DNA of 64,000 nucleotides from an uncultured Gammaproteobacteria bacterium (lineage in GTDB: Bacteria; Pseudomonadota; Gammaproteobacteria; JACCXJ01), in assembly GCA_963764725.1 (NCBI GenBank), contig CAVXTM010000011.1, forward strand, positions 320,001 to 384,000. Direction: 5' to 3'. The notes under the pieces are model-generated. The model did not search any database, was not told where the DNA came from, and worked only from the letters and a program-made list of their open reading frames with translations. A program made the position numbers and the translations under genes. This document shows positions 44,653-54,113 of this stretch, piece by piece (the stretch's first letter is position 1; every line of letters starts with the position of its first letter).

Positions 44653-46169
44653 TGCCACGTCCCGGGCGTCGGCAATTTGATCAGCATTCATCGATACAGG
44701 GAATTAGGCTCGCAACGCCCCGCATGCGCAGAACGAAAATCGTTGCCACTCTCGGCCCGGCTACCGACGATCCCAAGGTGCTCGATGGCCTCATCGCGGC
44801 CGGGGTGGACGTCATCCGGCTAAACTACTCATACGGCTCCCACGACAGCCATAAACACCGGATCGACCAACTTCGGGCCTGCTCCCAGGCGCGCGGCACG
44901 CAAGTCGGCGCTATCGCCGATCTGCAAGGCCCGAAGATCCGCATCCAGCGATTCCGCGGCGGCCGTGTGGAACTGCGGGAAGGGGCTTCCTTCACGCTCG
45001 ACACCGCCATCCCGCCCGCGGACGGAGATGAACACCGCGTCGGAGTTACCTACGAGGAACTCCCGAACGATGTCAAGCACGGCGACACCTTATTCATTGA
45101 CGATGGCCGTATCGTGCTTGAAGTCAAGCGCGTCATGGGGACCAGCGTCGAATGCGTGGTGCGGGTGGGCGGCGGGCTCTCCGACAGCAAGGGTTTGAAC
45201 CGCGCCGGCGGCGGGCTCTCGGCGGGCGCGCTGACCTCCAAGGACCGCGCTGACATACGCCACGCCGTGGACATCGGCGCCGACTACATTGCCGTATCCT
45301 TTCCGCGCAATGCCGCCGACATCGAGGAAGCCCGCCGCGTGATTGCCGAGAGCAACGGCACCTGCGGCGTCATCGCCAAGATCGAGCGCGCCGAAGCCTT
45401 ACAGTGTATTGATGAGATGCTGCGGGCCTCGGACGGGATCATGATCGCGCGCGGCGATCTCGGGGTCGAGATCGGGGATGCGGCCCTGCCCCCGGTCCAG
45501 AAACGCTTGATCCAGCAAGCCCGTAACGCGAACCGCTTGGTCATCACGGCCACGCAGATGATGGAGTCGATGATCGCAAACCAGATCCCAACACGGGCCG
45601 AAGTTTTCGACGTCGCCAATGCCGTGTTGGATGGCACGGATGCGGTCATGCTCTCCGCCGAAACCAGCGTGGGCAAGTACCCGCGCAAAGCCGTCGAAGC
45701 GATGGATCGGATCTGCCTGGAGACGGAAACCCAGTGGGGCCTCCGGGGGGCCGACTACCGCATCGATTCGCCGTTCGACCGCATCGATGAAGCGATCGCC
45801 ATGTCCACGGTTTACGCGGCCAACCACATCGGCGCGAAAGCCATTCTCGCGCTCACCGAGACCGGCGCCACCGGTATATGGATGTCGCGCGTGCTCACCG
45901 GGATCCCGATCTTCGCCTTCACCCGCCGTCCCGAGACGCTCAGGCGGGTGACGCTTTGCCGGGGCGTGTACCCGATCAATTTCGACGTCACGCACACCGA
46001 TTTCCTGAGAGTCAACCGTGAAATGATCGATATTCTGCTCGAGCGCGGCGCGATCCACGAAGAAGATATCGTAGTCATTACCAAAGGTGATTTGCGCGGT
46101 AAACAAGGTGGAACCAACGGCATGAAGATCGTTCGCGTAGGGGAGCTGGCCGCGGAATCGGCGTTATAA
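44652..46169 (+). CDS. pyk: Pyruvate kinase
   Basis: RRTKIVATLGP, DLQGPKIR, IARGDLGVE, ATQMMESM; start may be 44724. Confidence 0.97.
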   Translation: MPRPGRRQFDQHSSIQGIRLATPRMRRTKIVATLGPATDDPKVLDGLIAAGVDVIRLNYSYGSHDSHKHRIDQLRACSQARGTQVGAIADLQGPKIRIQRFRGGRVELREGASFTLDTAIPPADGDEHRVGVTYEELPNDVKHGDTLFIDDGRIVLEVKRVMGTSVECVVRVGGGLSDSKGLNRAGGGLSAGALTSKDRADIRHAVDIGADYIAVSFPRNAADIEEARRVIAESNGTCGVIAKIERAEALQCIDEMLRASDGIMIARGDLGVEIGDAALPPVQKRLIQQARNANRLVITATQMMESMIANQIPTRAEVFDVANAVLDGTDAVMLSAETSVGKYPRKAVEAMDRICLETETQWGLRGADYRIDSPFDRIDEAIAMSTVYAANHIGAKAILALTETGATGIWMSRVLTGIPIFAFTRRPETLRRVTLCRGVYPINFDVTHTDFLRVNREMIDILLERGAIHEEDIVVITKGDLRGKQGGTNGMKIVRVGELAAESAL

Positions 46170-46173
46170 GATG

Positions 46174-46290
46174 AATCTTACTCGCGGGCGGGATATGAAC
46201 CCGCCCTTGACCAAAGGGGAGAGTTGCACTACTCCCCTTTGGAAACCCCAATGCTAAAGTTCCCGCCGTAAACGGCGAGGTATTCAGAAT
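46174..46290. repeat. Three-hairpin intergenic repeat, copy A
   Basis: Matches 56185-56303; shared core TGACCAAAGGGGAGAGTTGCACTACTCC. Confidence 0.85.
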
Positions 46291-46360
46291 CAATGCGGTT
46301 TCCACGCGATCCGCGCGAACTAGGTTAGACTATCGTTACTATGAACCAGAGGAACACGCC

Positions 46361-47383
46361 ATGTCCGATCTGCGACAAACGGCCGAAGCATTAGTCGCTC
46401 CCGGCAAGGGAATTCTTGCCATTGACGAAAGCTTCCCGAGCATCAAAAAACGTTTCGACTCCATCGGTATCGAATCGGTGGAAAACACCCGGCGCGCCTA
46501 CCGCGAGCTGCTTATCACCACCCAGGGGATTGGCGAGTTCATTAGCGGCATGATCCTCTTCGATGAGACCTTGCGGCAATCGACGGCCGCTGGGATCCCC
46601 TTCGCTAAAGCGCTCCCCGATGCCGGTGTAATCACGGGCATCAAAGTGGACCAAGGTGCGAAGGACATGCCCCTCCTAGCGGGCGAAAAGATCACGGAAG
46701 GTCTCGATGGTCTGCGCGAACGCCTGATCGAGTATCGCAACCTCGGTGCCCGCTTCGCCAAGTGGCGGGCGGTGATCACTATAGGCGACGGGATCCCGAC
46801 CAGCGGTTGCATCAACGCCAACGCGAGCGCCTTGGCGCGCTACGCCGCGCTGTGCCAGGAACAAGGGCTCGTGCCCATCGTCGAGCCCGAGGTTCTGATG
46901 GATGCGGACAACACCATCGACCGCTGCTATGAAGTGACCGAAGCGACCTTGCGGCGGGTATTCCAGAATCTCTACGAACAGCGCGTGGTCTTGGAGCATC
47001 TCATCCTCAAGACCAATATGGTCATCGCAGGAAAGCAGTGCCCGCAGCAAAACAGCGTCGAAGAGGTTGCCGAGATGACCGTGCGCTGCCTACATTATTC
47101 CGTTCCGGCGGCAGTCGCTGGCATTGTGTTCCTCTCCGGAGGCCAGAAGGCCGAGCCCGCGACGGCACACCTCAATGCGATGAACGCGATGACCATGAAA
47201 CACCCTTGGCCGCTCAGCTTCTCGTACGGCCGCGCCCTCCAAGATCCGGCCCTGAAGATCTGGGTCGGCAAAGCTGAGAACCTCGCCGCGGCACAGAAGG
47301 CGCTCCACCACCGCGCCAAGTGCAATGGCCTCGCAACGCTGGGGAAATACATAGCCGCGATGGAGCAACAGCTCGCGGCTTGA
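46361..47383 (+). CDS. Fructose-bisphosphate aldolase class I
   Basis: GKGILAIDES, ILFDETL, GIKVD, FAKWR, VPIVEPE, FLSGGQ, SFSYGRALQ. Confidence 0.95.
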   Translation: MSDLRQTAEALVAPGKGILAIDESFPSIKKRFDSIGIESVENTRRAYRELLITTQGIGEFISGMILFDETLRQSTAAGIPFAKALPDAGVITGIKVDQGAKDMPLLAGEKITEGLDGLRERLIEYRNLGARFAKWRAVITIGDGIPTSGCINANASALARYAALCQEQGLVPIVEPEVLMDADNTIDRCYEVTEATLRRVFQNLYEQRVVLEHLILKTNMVIAGKQCPQQNSVEEVAEMTVRCLHYSVPAAVAGIVFLSGGQKAEPATAHLNAMNAMTMKHPWPLSFSYGRALQDPALKIWVGKAENLAAAQKALHHRAKCNGLATLGKYIAAMEQQLAA

Positions 47384-47446
47384 AGGAGAGGAGGATCCCC
47401 CTATCGGCCTGGCACTTGAGCGGGGAGAAGGACCCGGCCGCCGCCG

Positions 47447-48022
47447 TCACCAGGCGCGCGACCAGCGATTGCCCTTGTGTTTCTCGTCGCGCAACGAGGC
47501 GTCGAGGCCGGCGCGCGCTTCGATCAGCCGGCCGAACAACCACAAGAGGTCGGAGAGGCGGTTCAAATAGGCCAGGACGTCCGGGTCAATGTGCTCGCCG
47601 GAGTCCATCAGCCGGACCAGATCGCGTTCCGCCCGGCGGCACACGGTGCGCGCCACATCGAAGGCCGAAGCGGCCGGATGCTCGCCGGGGAGCGACCAAT
47701 CGGAGAGCACACCTTCGATGGCCTCGATGCGGTGAACCTGCTCGGTGAGGTTCTCGACCATCTCGGCGCTGACGGGCGGAGGTTTCTTTCTGTTCCCGAC
47801 TGGCGTGGCCACCGCCGCGCCGAGCGCGAAAAGCTCGCGCTGGATCGCCTTGACAAGCTCGCAAACCTCGACGTCATCGCAGATCGAGCGCGCGAATCCC
47901 ATCACCGAATTCAGCTCGTCGATGCTCCCGTAGGCTTCCACGCGCGGCTCGCCCTTCGAGACACGATTACCGCCTATCAGGCTCGTTTGACCGCCGTCAC
48001 CGCGTTTCGTCGCGATACTCAT
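47447..48022 (-). CDS. PduO-type cob(I)alamin adenosyltransferase
   Basis: IATKRGDGGQT, AYGSIDELNS, RTVCRRAER, YLNRLSD. Confidence 0.9.
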   Translation of the reverse strand: MSIATKRGDGGQTSLIGGNRVSKGEPRVEAYGSIDELNSVMGFARSICDDVEVCELVKAIQRELFALGAAVATPVGNRKKPPPVSAEMVENLTEQVHRIEAIEGVLSDWSLPGEHPAASAFDVARTVCRRAERDLVRLMDSGEHIDPDVLAYLNRLSDLLWLFGRLIEARAGLDASLRDEKHKGNRWSRAW

Positions 48023-48231
48023 GCGCTGTGCTCCTGGGACGATAAGCTCATGAGCAGAATAAGCCCTTGCGAATTGCCAATCCTTCGAGTTGGTAGCCTC
48101 ATCTCACAATCTCGTATCGGGTCAACCGCAATTTTATGATGTTATAACACGCCACAAGGCTTGTCACCCACGCTCTTGGTAGCTGCTTACCACTCCCAAA
48201 AAAGCCTACGGGCCCTCTTCAAGGGCGTACG

Positions 48232-48362
48232 TTAAACGTCCGCGGCATTCATGATCTTTGCATGAGCAACCATGTATTTCAATGCACTTCCAGGGATCCC
48301 TTTAACAATGACTTCATGCACGTCGAGCTTCGACGTAATTGACTTTTTTGATACCTGACCTG
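48232..48362 (-). pseudogene. Possible fragment of an Xre/MbcA/ParS-type antitoxin N-terminus
   Basis: AT-rich short frame SITSKLDVHEVIVKGIPGSALKYMV; resemblance judged by eye only. Confidence 0.35.
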
Positions 48363-48424
48363 GCGTAACGTACATAGATCGGGGTCAGGGATCCGTTGAG
48401 AAATGGCATTGGATTTTTTATTCT

Positions 48425-49807
48425 GGGTCTTCGTGAAAACGTGTGGGTAATTTTGTTTCCATGATCACGCTGCAAGGCTTGCTCCGCAAGGGATTACGCC
48501 CGGTTGAAGGGACGGTAATTTCTGGCATGCTGTGGCGATGGCTACCCAACGCAAACGCTCTCGTCGTCTCACCGACACATACGCCTTTGACGGCTTTCGT
48601 CCACAAGCAACGGTACGCGGGGTTTTCGGGGAACCGAAGGTCCGCATCGTCACGCTCGTACGACGCTCAAAAAAACACGCTGTGGAGTCTGCGGTACGTT
48701 GCATCGCGGTTGGTACGACAAGAAGCTGCGGCAGGTTCGAGATCTCTCCTGCGGGGATACGCACGTGCGGCTGGAGTTGGAGGTCCGGCGTGTGGATTGC
48801 CGGCAGTGCGGCAAGGTGAAGCGCGAGCGTCTGGACTTTCTGGCCGACAACCCTTTCTACACCAAGCGCTTTGCTTTCTACGTCGGGCGGCGCTGCCGCA
48901 CGAGCACCATCAAGGCGGTGGCCGATGAGTTGGATCTCGACTGGCAGACGGTCAAGGAGTTGGACAAGCAATACATGGGTGCGCAGCTTGCACGGGCTGG
49001 CCGGCCAGGACCTGCGGTTATCGGCATCGATGAGATCGCCATCCGCAAAGGTCACACCTATCGCATCGTGGTCAGCGATCTCCTCCGTGGCCGACCGATC
49101 TGGTTTGGCGGGACTGACCGCTCTCAGGCCAGCATGGACGAATTCTTCAAATGGCTGGGGCCGCGTAAAACCAAGGGGGTGCGCTTGGCTGTGATGGATA
49201 TGTGGAAGCCGTTTCGCAACAGCACCAGAGAACAAGCGCCCCAGGCGGCCATCCTGTTCGACAAATTTCACGTGACGCGTCATCTGGGCGAAGCGCTCGA
49301 TAAGGTCCGCAAGGGGGAGTACGCCCGACTCAGCGGCGAGAAACGTACCTACATCAAGGGCCAAAAATATACCCTGCTCTCCCGGCGGGAGAATCTGACC
49401 CTCGATGGTCGAGCTGCCTTGAAGAGGCTCCTCGCCGCCAACAAGCGGCTGAACACTGCTTATCTGCTCAAGGAATCTTTCGGCCAATTGTGGAGCTACG
49501 AGCGTGAAGCGTGGGCGCGACGTTTCTTCGAGAACTGGCGTAACGCGCTTAAATGGCAGCGTCTGAAACCGTACGAGAAATTCGCCGAGATGATCGAGCG
49601 CCATTGGGATGGGATCGCTGCTTATTGCAAACCAGAGAACAAGATCTCTCTCGGATTCGTCGAAGGACTCAACAACAAGATCCGCGTCATCCAGCGCCGC
49701 GCCTACGGACTCCGCGACGAGGATTACCTGCGCCTCAAGGTGCTTACCTGCATGCTGCCGGTACTGTGAAAACACCATTTTCTACCCACTCACTTTCACG
49801 ATGAGCC
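48425..49807 (+). mobile_element. ISL3-family insertion sequence, 1383 bp
   Basis: IRs GGGTCTTCGTGAAAACGTGTGGGTA and GGCTCATCGTGAAAGTGAGTGGGTA; 8-bp TSD TTTATTCT at 48417-48424 and 49808-49815. Confidence 0.93.
48532..49769 (+). CDS. ISL3 transposase split by a -1 frameshift at an A run (48669-48675)
   Basis: IGIDE, MDMWKPF, FDKFHV, EGLNNKIRVIQRRAYG; CGVC and CRQC zinc finger in the -1 frame. Confidence 0.9.
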
Positions 49808-49848
49808 TTTATTCTCTTACGCTTCTCTTTCCAAACAACGGATTTGCC

Positions 49849-49936
49849 ATGGCTGGGAATTTCAAACACGACGTTTTCTTCTCTTTGCAACAGCAAGGAC
49901 AAGCCGGCAGTGGGTGAATTGAAGCGGCTGCTGTAG
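49849..49936 (+). pseudogene. Relic of a TIR-domain N-terminus
   Basis: MAGNFKHDVFFS, then in a shifted frame NSKDKPAVGELKRLL-stop; matches the usual DVFLSHNSxDK start of TIR domains. Confidence 0.6.
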
Positions 49937-49941
49937 GGCTC

Positions 49942-51750
49942 ATGGCGCTTCTCACCCTCCTCGACGCGGAGCTCGCTTACGGACTGCATCCTCTGCTCGA
50001 TCGCGCCGGCCTCACGGTGCTGGAAGGCGAGCGCATCGGACTCATCGGCCGCAATGGAACCGGCAAGTCGTCGCTCCTGAAAGTAATCGCCGGACTCGCG
50101 GCGCTGGATGACGGCGAGCTCAAGCGCCGGGACAGCCTGCGCGTGGTGCTCGTCGAGCAGGAGCCTGAACTGCCGCTCGCCTTGTCCCTGCGCGGAAGCC
50201 TCGCCATCCGCGGCGAGCTCAACCACATCCACGACGAGCGCGAGCGTTGGCGCCTGGAAGCCCGGCTCGTGGCGTATCTGCATCGCTTTGGCCTCGATCC
50301 GGCGCAAGCGCCCGACACCACTTCGGGTGGCGAATCTAAGCGGGCGGCACTTGCGCTCGCCTTCGCGCGCCAACCCGATCTGCTGCTGCTCGATGAGCCG
50401 ACCAATCATCTCGATATCGACGGCATCACCTTGCTCGAAGACCTGGTGCTGAAGAGTCCGGCCGCTATCGTCATCACGCACGACCGCGCGTTTCTCGATC
50501 GTGTGGTCAATCGCATCGTTGAGCTCGACCGCGGGCTCCTGCGCTCCTACCCCGGGAACTTTGCGGCGTATGAGAGCCGCAAGGCCGATCAGCTCGCAAC
50601 CGAAAGCATCGCCCATCGCAAGTTCGACAAATTCTGGGCGCAAGAAGAGGTCTGGATCCGCAGGGGCATCAAGGCACGCCGTACCCGCAACGAAGGTCGT
50701 GTGCGCCGGCTCGAACAACTGCGGCGCGAGCGCGCGGCCCGGCGCCAGCGTCTCGGCACTGTCAAACTCACGCTCGCTGCGGGCGAGCGCTCGGGCAAGC
50801 TGGTGGCGGAACTGGCCGGTGTCAGCAAACGCTTCTGCGAGAGAACGATCGTTCAGGACCTGTCACTGCATATCCAGCGGGGCGATCGCCTGGGACTCAT
50901 TGGACCGAATGGTGCCGGCAAATCCACACTGCTCAAGCTCATGCTCGGCCAATTGACACCGGACGCCGGCGAAGTGAGACTGGGCATCAACCTACAGGTG
51001 GCGTACTTCGATCAGATGCGCGAGCAGCTCGATTCCGAGCGCACGCTGCTCGACAGCATCAGCCCCGGCTCCGACTGGGTGCAGATCGGCGCCCAACGCA
51101 AGCACGTGATGACTTACCTTGCCGACTTTCTGTTTCCGGCGCAACGCGCCCAGGCACCCGTGAAAATGCTCTCCGGCGGTGAGCGCAACCGCTTGCTGCT
51201 CGCGCGCCTCTTCGCACGTCCCGCCAACGTGCTGGTGCTCGACGAACCGACCAACGACCTGGACATCGAATCGCTTGAGCTGCTTGAAGACACGCTGCAG
51301 AGCTACCCGGGGACGCTGCTCCTTGTGAGTCACGACCGTGCCTTTCTCGACAATGTGGTTACGCAGACGCTCGTGGCCGAGCGCAACGGCAAGTGGCAGG
51401 AATATGCCGGCGGCTACAGCGATTGGCTCAGCCAGCGGCCCGTGCCCTCCGTTCCCTCTCCGGCCTTGGTGGGAGAGGGCCGGGAGAGCGCTGGGGCGAG
51501 GGCGAATGCCTCACGCGTCAAGCTGAGCTACAAAGAAGCCCGCGAGCTCGAACAGCTCCCCGCCGAGATCGAAGCGCTCGAGCGCGAGCAGCACGAGCTT
51601 ACCGCGGGTATGAGTCGTGCCGATTACCACAAGCGAGGCGGCGAACAGATCAAGGCCGATCGCAAGCGGTCCGAAGAGATCGAACGGCACCTGGCGGAAA
51701 GGTTCGAGCGGTGGACGAAGCTCGACGAGAAGGCCGCAAAGCACCGGTAG
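49942..51750 (+). CDS. uup: ABC-F family ATPase Uup
   Basis: Two ABC cassettes, QEEVWIRRGIKARRTRNEGRVR linker, KLSYKEAREL C-terminal domain. Confidence 0.92.
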   Translation: MALLTLLDAELAYGLHPLLDRAGLTVLEGERIGLIGRNGTGKSSLLKVIAGLAALDDGELKRRDSLRVVLVEQEPELPLALSLRGSLAIRGELNHIHDERERWRLEARLVAYLHRFGLDPAQAPDTTSGGESKRAALALAFARQPDLLLLDEPTNHLDIDGITLLEDLVLKSPAAIVITHDRAFLDRVVNRIVELDRGLLRSYPGNFAAYESRKADQLATESIAHRKFDKFWAQEEVWIRRGIKARRTRNEGRVRRLEQLRRERAARRQRLGTVKLTLAAGERSGKLVAELAGVSKRFCERTIVQDLSLHIQRGDRLGLIGPNGAGKSTLLKLMLGQLTPDAGEVRLGINLQVAYFDQMREQLDSERTLLDSISPGSDWVQIGAQRKHVMTYLADFLFPAQRAQAPVKMLSGGERNRLLLARLFARPANVLVLDEPTNDLDIESLELLEDTLQSYPGTLLLVSHDRAFLDNVVTQTLVAERNGKWQEYAGGYSDWLSQRPVPSVPSPALVGEGRESAGARANASRVKLSYKEARELEQLPAEIEALEREQHELTAGMSRADYHKRGGEQIKADRKRSEEIERHLAERFERWTKLDEKAAKHR

Positions 51751-51760
51751 AACCCCTAAT
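51748..51760. repeat. 13-bp direct repeat TAGAACCCCTAAT, copy 1 (includes the uup stop)
   Basis: Identical at 52328-52340 and 54101-54113. Confidence 0.9.
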
Positions 51761-51781
51761 GGCCGCGGTGCTTTCCGAGAC

Positions 51782-51860
51782 TTGACACCCTCCCAAGAAG
51801 GGCGTAGATGTTGCGGTTGCGCGGGGAATTTCGGTAGGTTTAGGCCGAACAAGGAGGGAC
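51782..51860 (+). promoter_or_regulatory. Possible promoter and RBS of the beta-helix gene cassette
   Basis: TTGACA at 51782, weak -10, AAGGAGG RBS before the ATG at 51863. Confidence 0.4.
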
Positions 51861-51862
51861 TT

Positions 51863-52313
51863 ATGAAACAACCATCCGTCAGTTCCATCGCGGACCCATG
51901 CCCTCCCCGCCGGCAGCCCGGCATCGGTCAGAGCCCCGCGAATAGCGGGCTGCCGGCCCACGGACCAGCGCGGCGTGACCCGCCCGCAAGGGGCGGCTTG
52001 CGACATCGGTGCTTTTGAGAAGGGTCCGCCCGTGCGATGCGGTGGGCGGCTAGCGAGAATACTCGGCACCGTAGGGAATGATAGTCTTCTCTCGGGCACC
52101 CCGGGACCCGATGTCATCCATGGGCTCGCCGGGCGCGATACTATCGATGGGCTCGAGGGCAACGATATCATCTGCGGCGGTACGGGAGACGATGAGCTCT
52201 TCGGAGCCAGCGGCGCGGATAGACTCAACGGCGGTAGCGGCACCGACATCTGTAGGGGCGGGAGCGGTACCGATACTGGGGTCAGCTGCGAGACGGCGAC
52301 CAGCATCCCGTAA
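51863..52313 (+). pseudogene. Internally deleted copy of the downstream beta-helix/RTX-like gene
   Basis: MKQPSVSSIADP joined at CGCGGACCC to the C-terminal region; 51975-52344 is near-identical to 53748-54117. Confidence 0.85.
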
Positions 52314-52327
52314 CCGGCGCTGTCGGA

Positions 52328-52340
52328 TAGAACCCCTAAT
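52328..52340. repeat. 13-bp direct repeat, copy 2
   Basis: TAGAACCCCTAAT followed by TCGA, as at the phoR end. Confidence 0.9.
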
Positions 52341-52345
52341 TCGAA

Positions 52346-54086
52346 CAACCATCCGTCAATTCCACCGCGGACCCCGAGATACGGGTCCGATTTCAATCCC
52401 AACTCGCCGAAGCCCGTGAGACCCCCGTACTGAGTCGCCTGCTGAGACGCCCGACAGCGGATCTCTATCCTCGCTATTCGGGCTACTATCGGCAGCTATG
52501 CCAGTTGCCGCGCCGGGTGCGGCGGCAGTTGCAACGCCAATGGCGGCGCTCGCTCTCCGCCATCGCCCTGCTCCTCGCCTTAGGGCAGGCGCCGGCGCTG
52601 GCCGCGACCATCAATGTCGATGGCACGAACTGTACCCTGGCAGAGGCCATCCGCTCGGCCAATACCAACACTGCCGTGGGTGGCTGCACCAAAGGCAGCG
52701 GTGCCGACACGATCGTGTTGCCAATCGGGAGCACGCAGTCGCTCACGGCGGTCGAACAACACCACCCTTGGTCCCACGGGACTGCCGGTCATCAGATCGA
52801 CCGTCACCATCCGGGGCCGTAATAGCACGATCCGGCGGGAGAGTAGCGCGCCAGAGTTTCGTATTCTGGCCGTGGCCGGCAGCGGGAACCTGACGCTCCA
52901 TAGCATCACGGTGAGCGGGGGAAGCGCGGGCTTTTATCTCCCTGGCGGCGGCGACGGCGTGTTTAACAGCGGCACCCTGACTCTGACCAACAGCAGAGTC
53001 TCGGGTAACTCCGGTTTCTACGGCGGCGCGTTGTACAACGGTGGCACGCTAACCCTGACCCACAGCACGGTCTCGGGTAATGGCACCTTTCCCGGGTACG
53101 GTGTCGGCATGCGCAACATAGGTACGGCCACCCTGACCCATAGCACCGTCTCGGATAACTCCGGCACCGGCGTGTCGAACAGCGGCACCCTCACCCTGAT
53201 CAACACCACGGTTTCGGGTAATAGAAGTATTCCGGTCAACGGCGGCATCTTTAACAGCGGCACCCTGACTCTGACCAACAGCACCGTCTCGGGAAATTCC
53301 GGAGGCGGTTGCGGCCGCTGTGCTGGTGTCGGCGGCATCCACAACCGCGGCACCCTGACACTGACCAACAGCACCGTTTCGGGTAACACCGGTGATTATG
53401 GCGGCGGCGTGTACAACGATGGAGGCACCCTCACCCTGGCCCGCACATTGATCTCGGGCAACCGGCAATGCTACCTGGGTTATTGCAGCCCGAGCGGCGA
53501 GGTTGAGAATTTTGGAGGAACCGTCGTCACCAACAACCACAATCTCTTTGGCCACGACGGGGACGCCGGCGTAGCAGGCTTCAACCCCGGCCCCACCGAC
53601 ATCGTGCCGAACGCGGCCCTCAACGCCATCCTCAGACCGCTCGCCGACAACGGCGGGCCGACGCGGACCCATGCCCTTCCCGTCGGCAGTCGGGCACTCA
53701 ATGCGAGCCCCGCCAATAGCGGCTGCCGGCCCACGGATCAGCGCGGGGTGACCCGCCCGCAAGGGGCGGCTTGCGACATCGGTGCTTTTGAGAAGGGTCC
53801 GCCCGTGCGATGCGGTGGGCGGCTAGCGAGAATACTCGGCACCGTAGGGAATGATAGTCTTCTCTCGGGCACCCCGGGACCCGATGTCATCCATGGGCTC
53901 GCCGGGCGCGATACTATCGATGGGCTCGAGGGCAACGATATCATTTGCGGCGGTACGGGAGGCGATGAGCTCTTCGGAGGCACCGGCGCGGATGCGCTCA
54001 ACGGTGGTAGCGGCACCGACATCTGTAGGGGCGGGAGCGGTACCGATACTGGGGTCAGCTGCGAGACGGCGACCAGCATCCCGTAA
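52346..54086 (+). CDS. Secreted parallel beta-helix (choice-of-anchor Q-like) protein with RTX-like Ca-binding C-terminus; +1 frameshift near 52754, original ATG missing
   Basis: Signal AIALLLALGQAPALA, CTLAEAI, repeated NxGTLTLTxSTVSGN, LADNGGPTRTHAL, DQRG..R..CDIGAFE, GGxGxD repeats; TTG at 52505 is a possible start. Confidence 0.75.
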
Positions 54087-54100
54087 CCGGCGCTGTGGGA

Positions 54101-54113
54101 TAGAACCCCTAAT
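54101..54113. repeat. 13-bp direct repeat, copy 3 (includes the phoR stop)
   Basis: TAGAACCCCTAAT; CTA at 54109-54111 is the phoR stop on the minus strand. Confidence 0.9.

Noticed and set aside
48023-48230. Cobalamin riboswitch upstream of the adenosyltransferase
   Set aside because: No B12-box-like motifs recognised
52880-53465. DNA repeats AACAGCGGCACCCTGACTCTGACC as a CRISPR-like or DGR template repeat
   Set aside because: They are in-frame beta-helix coding repeats, and no reverse transcriptase is present
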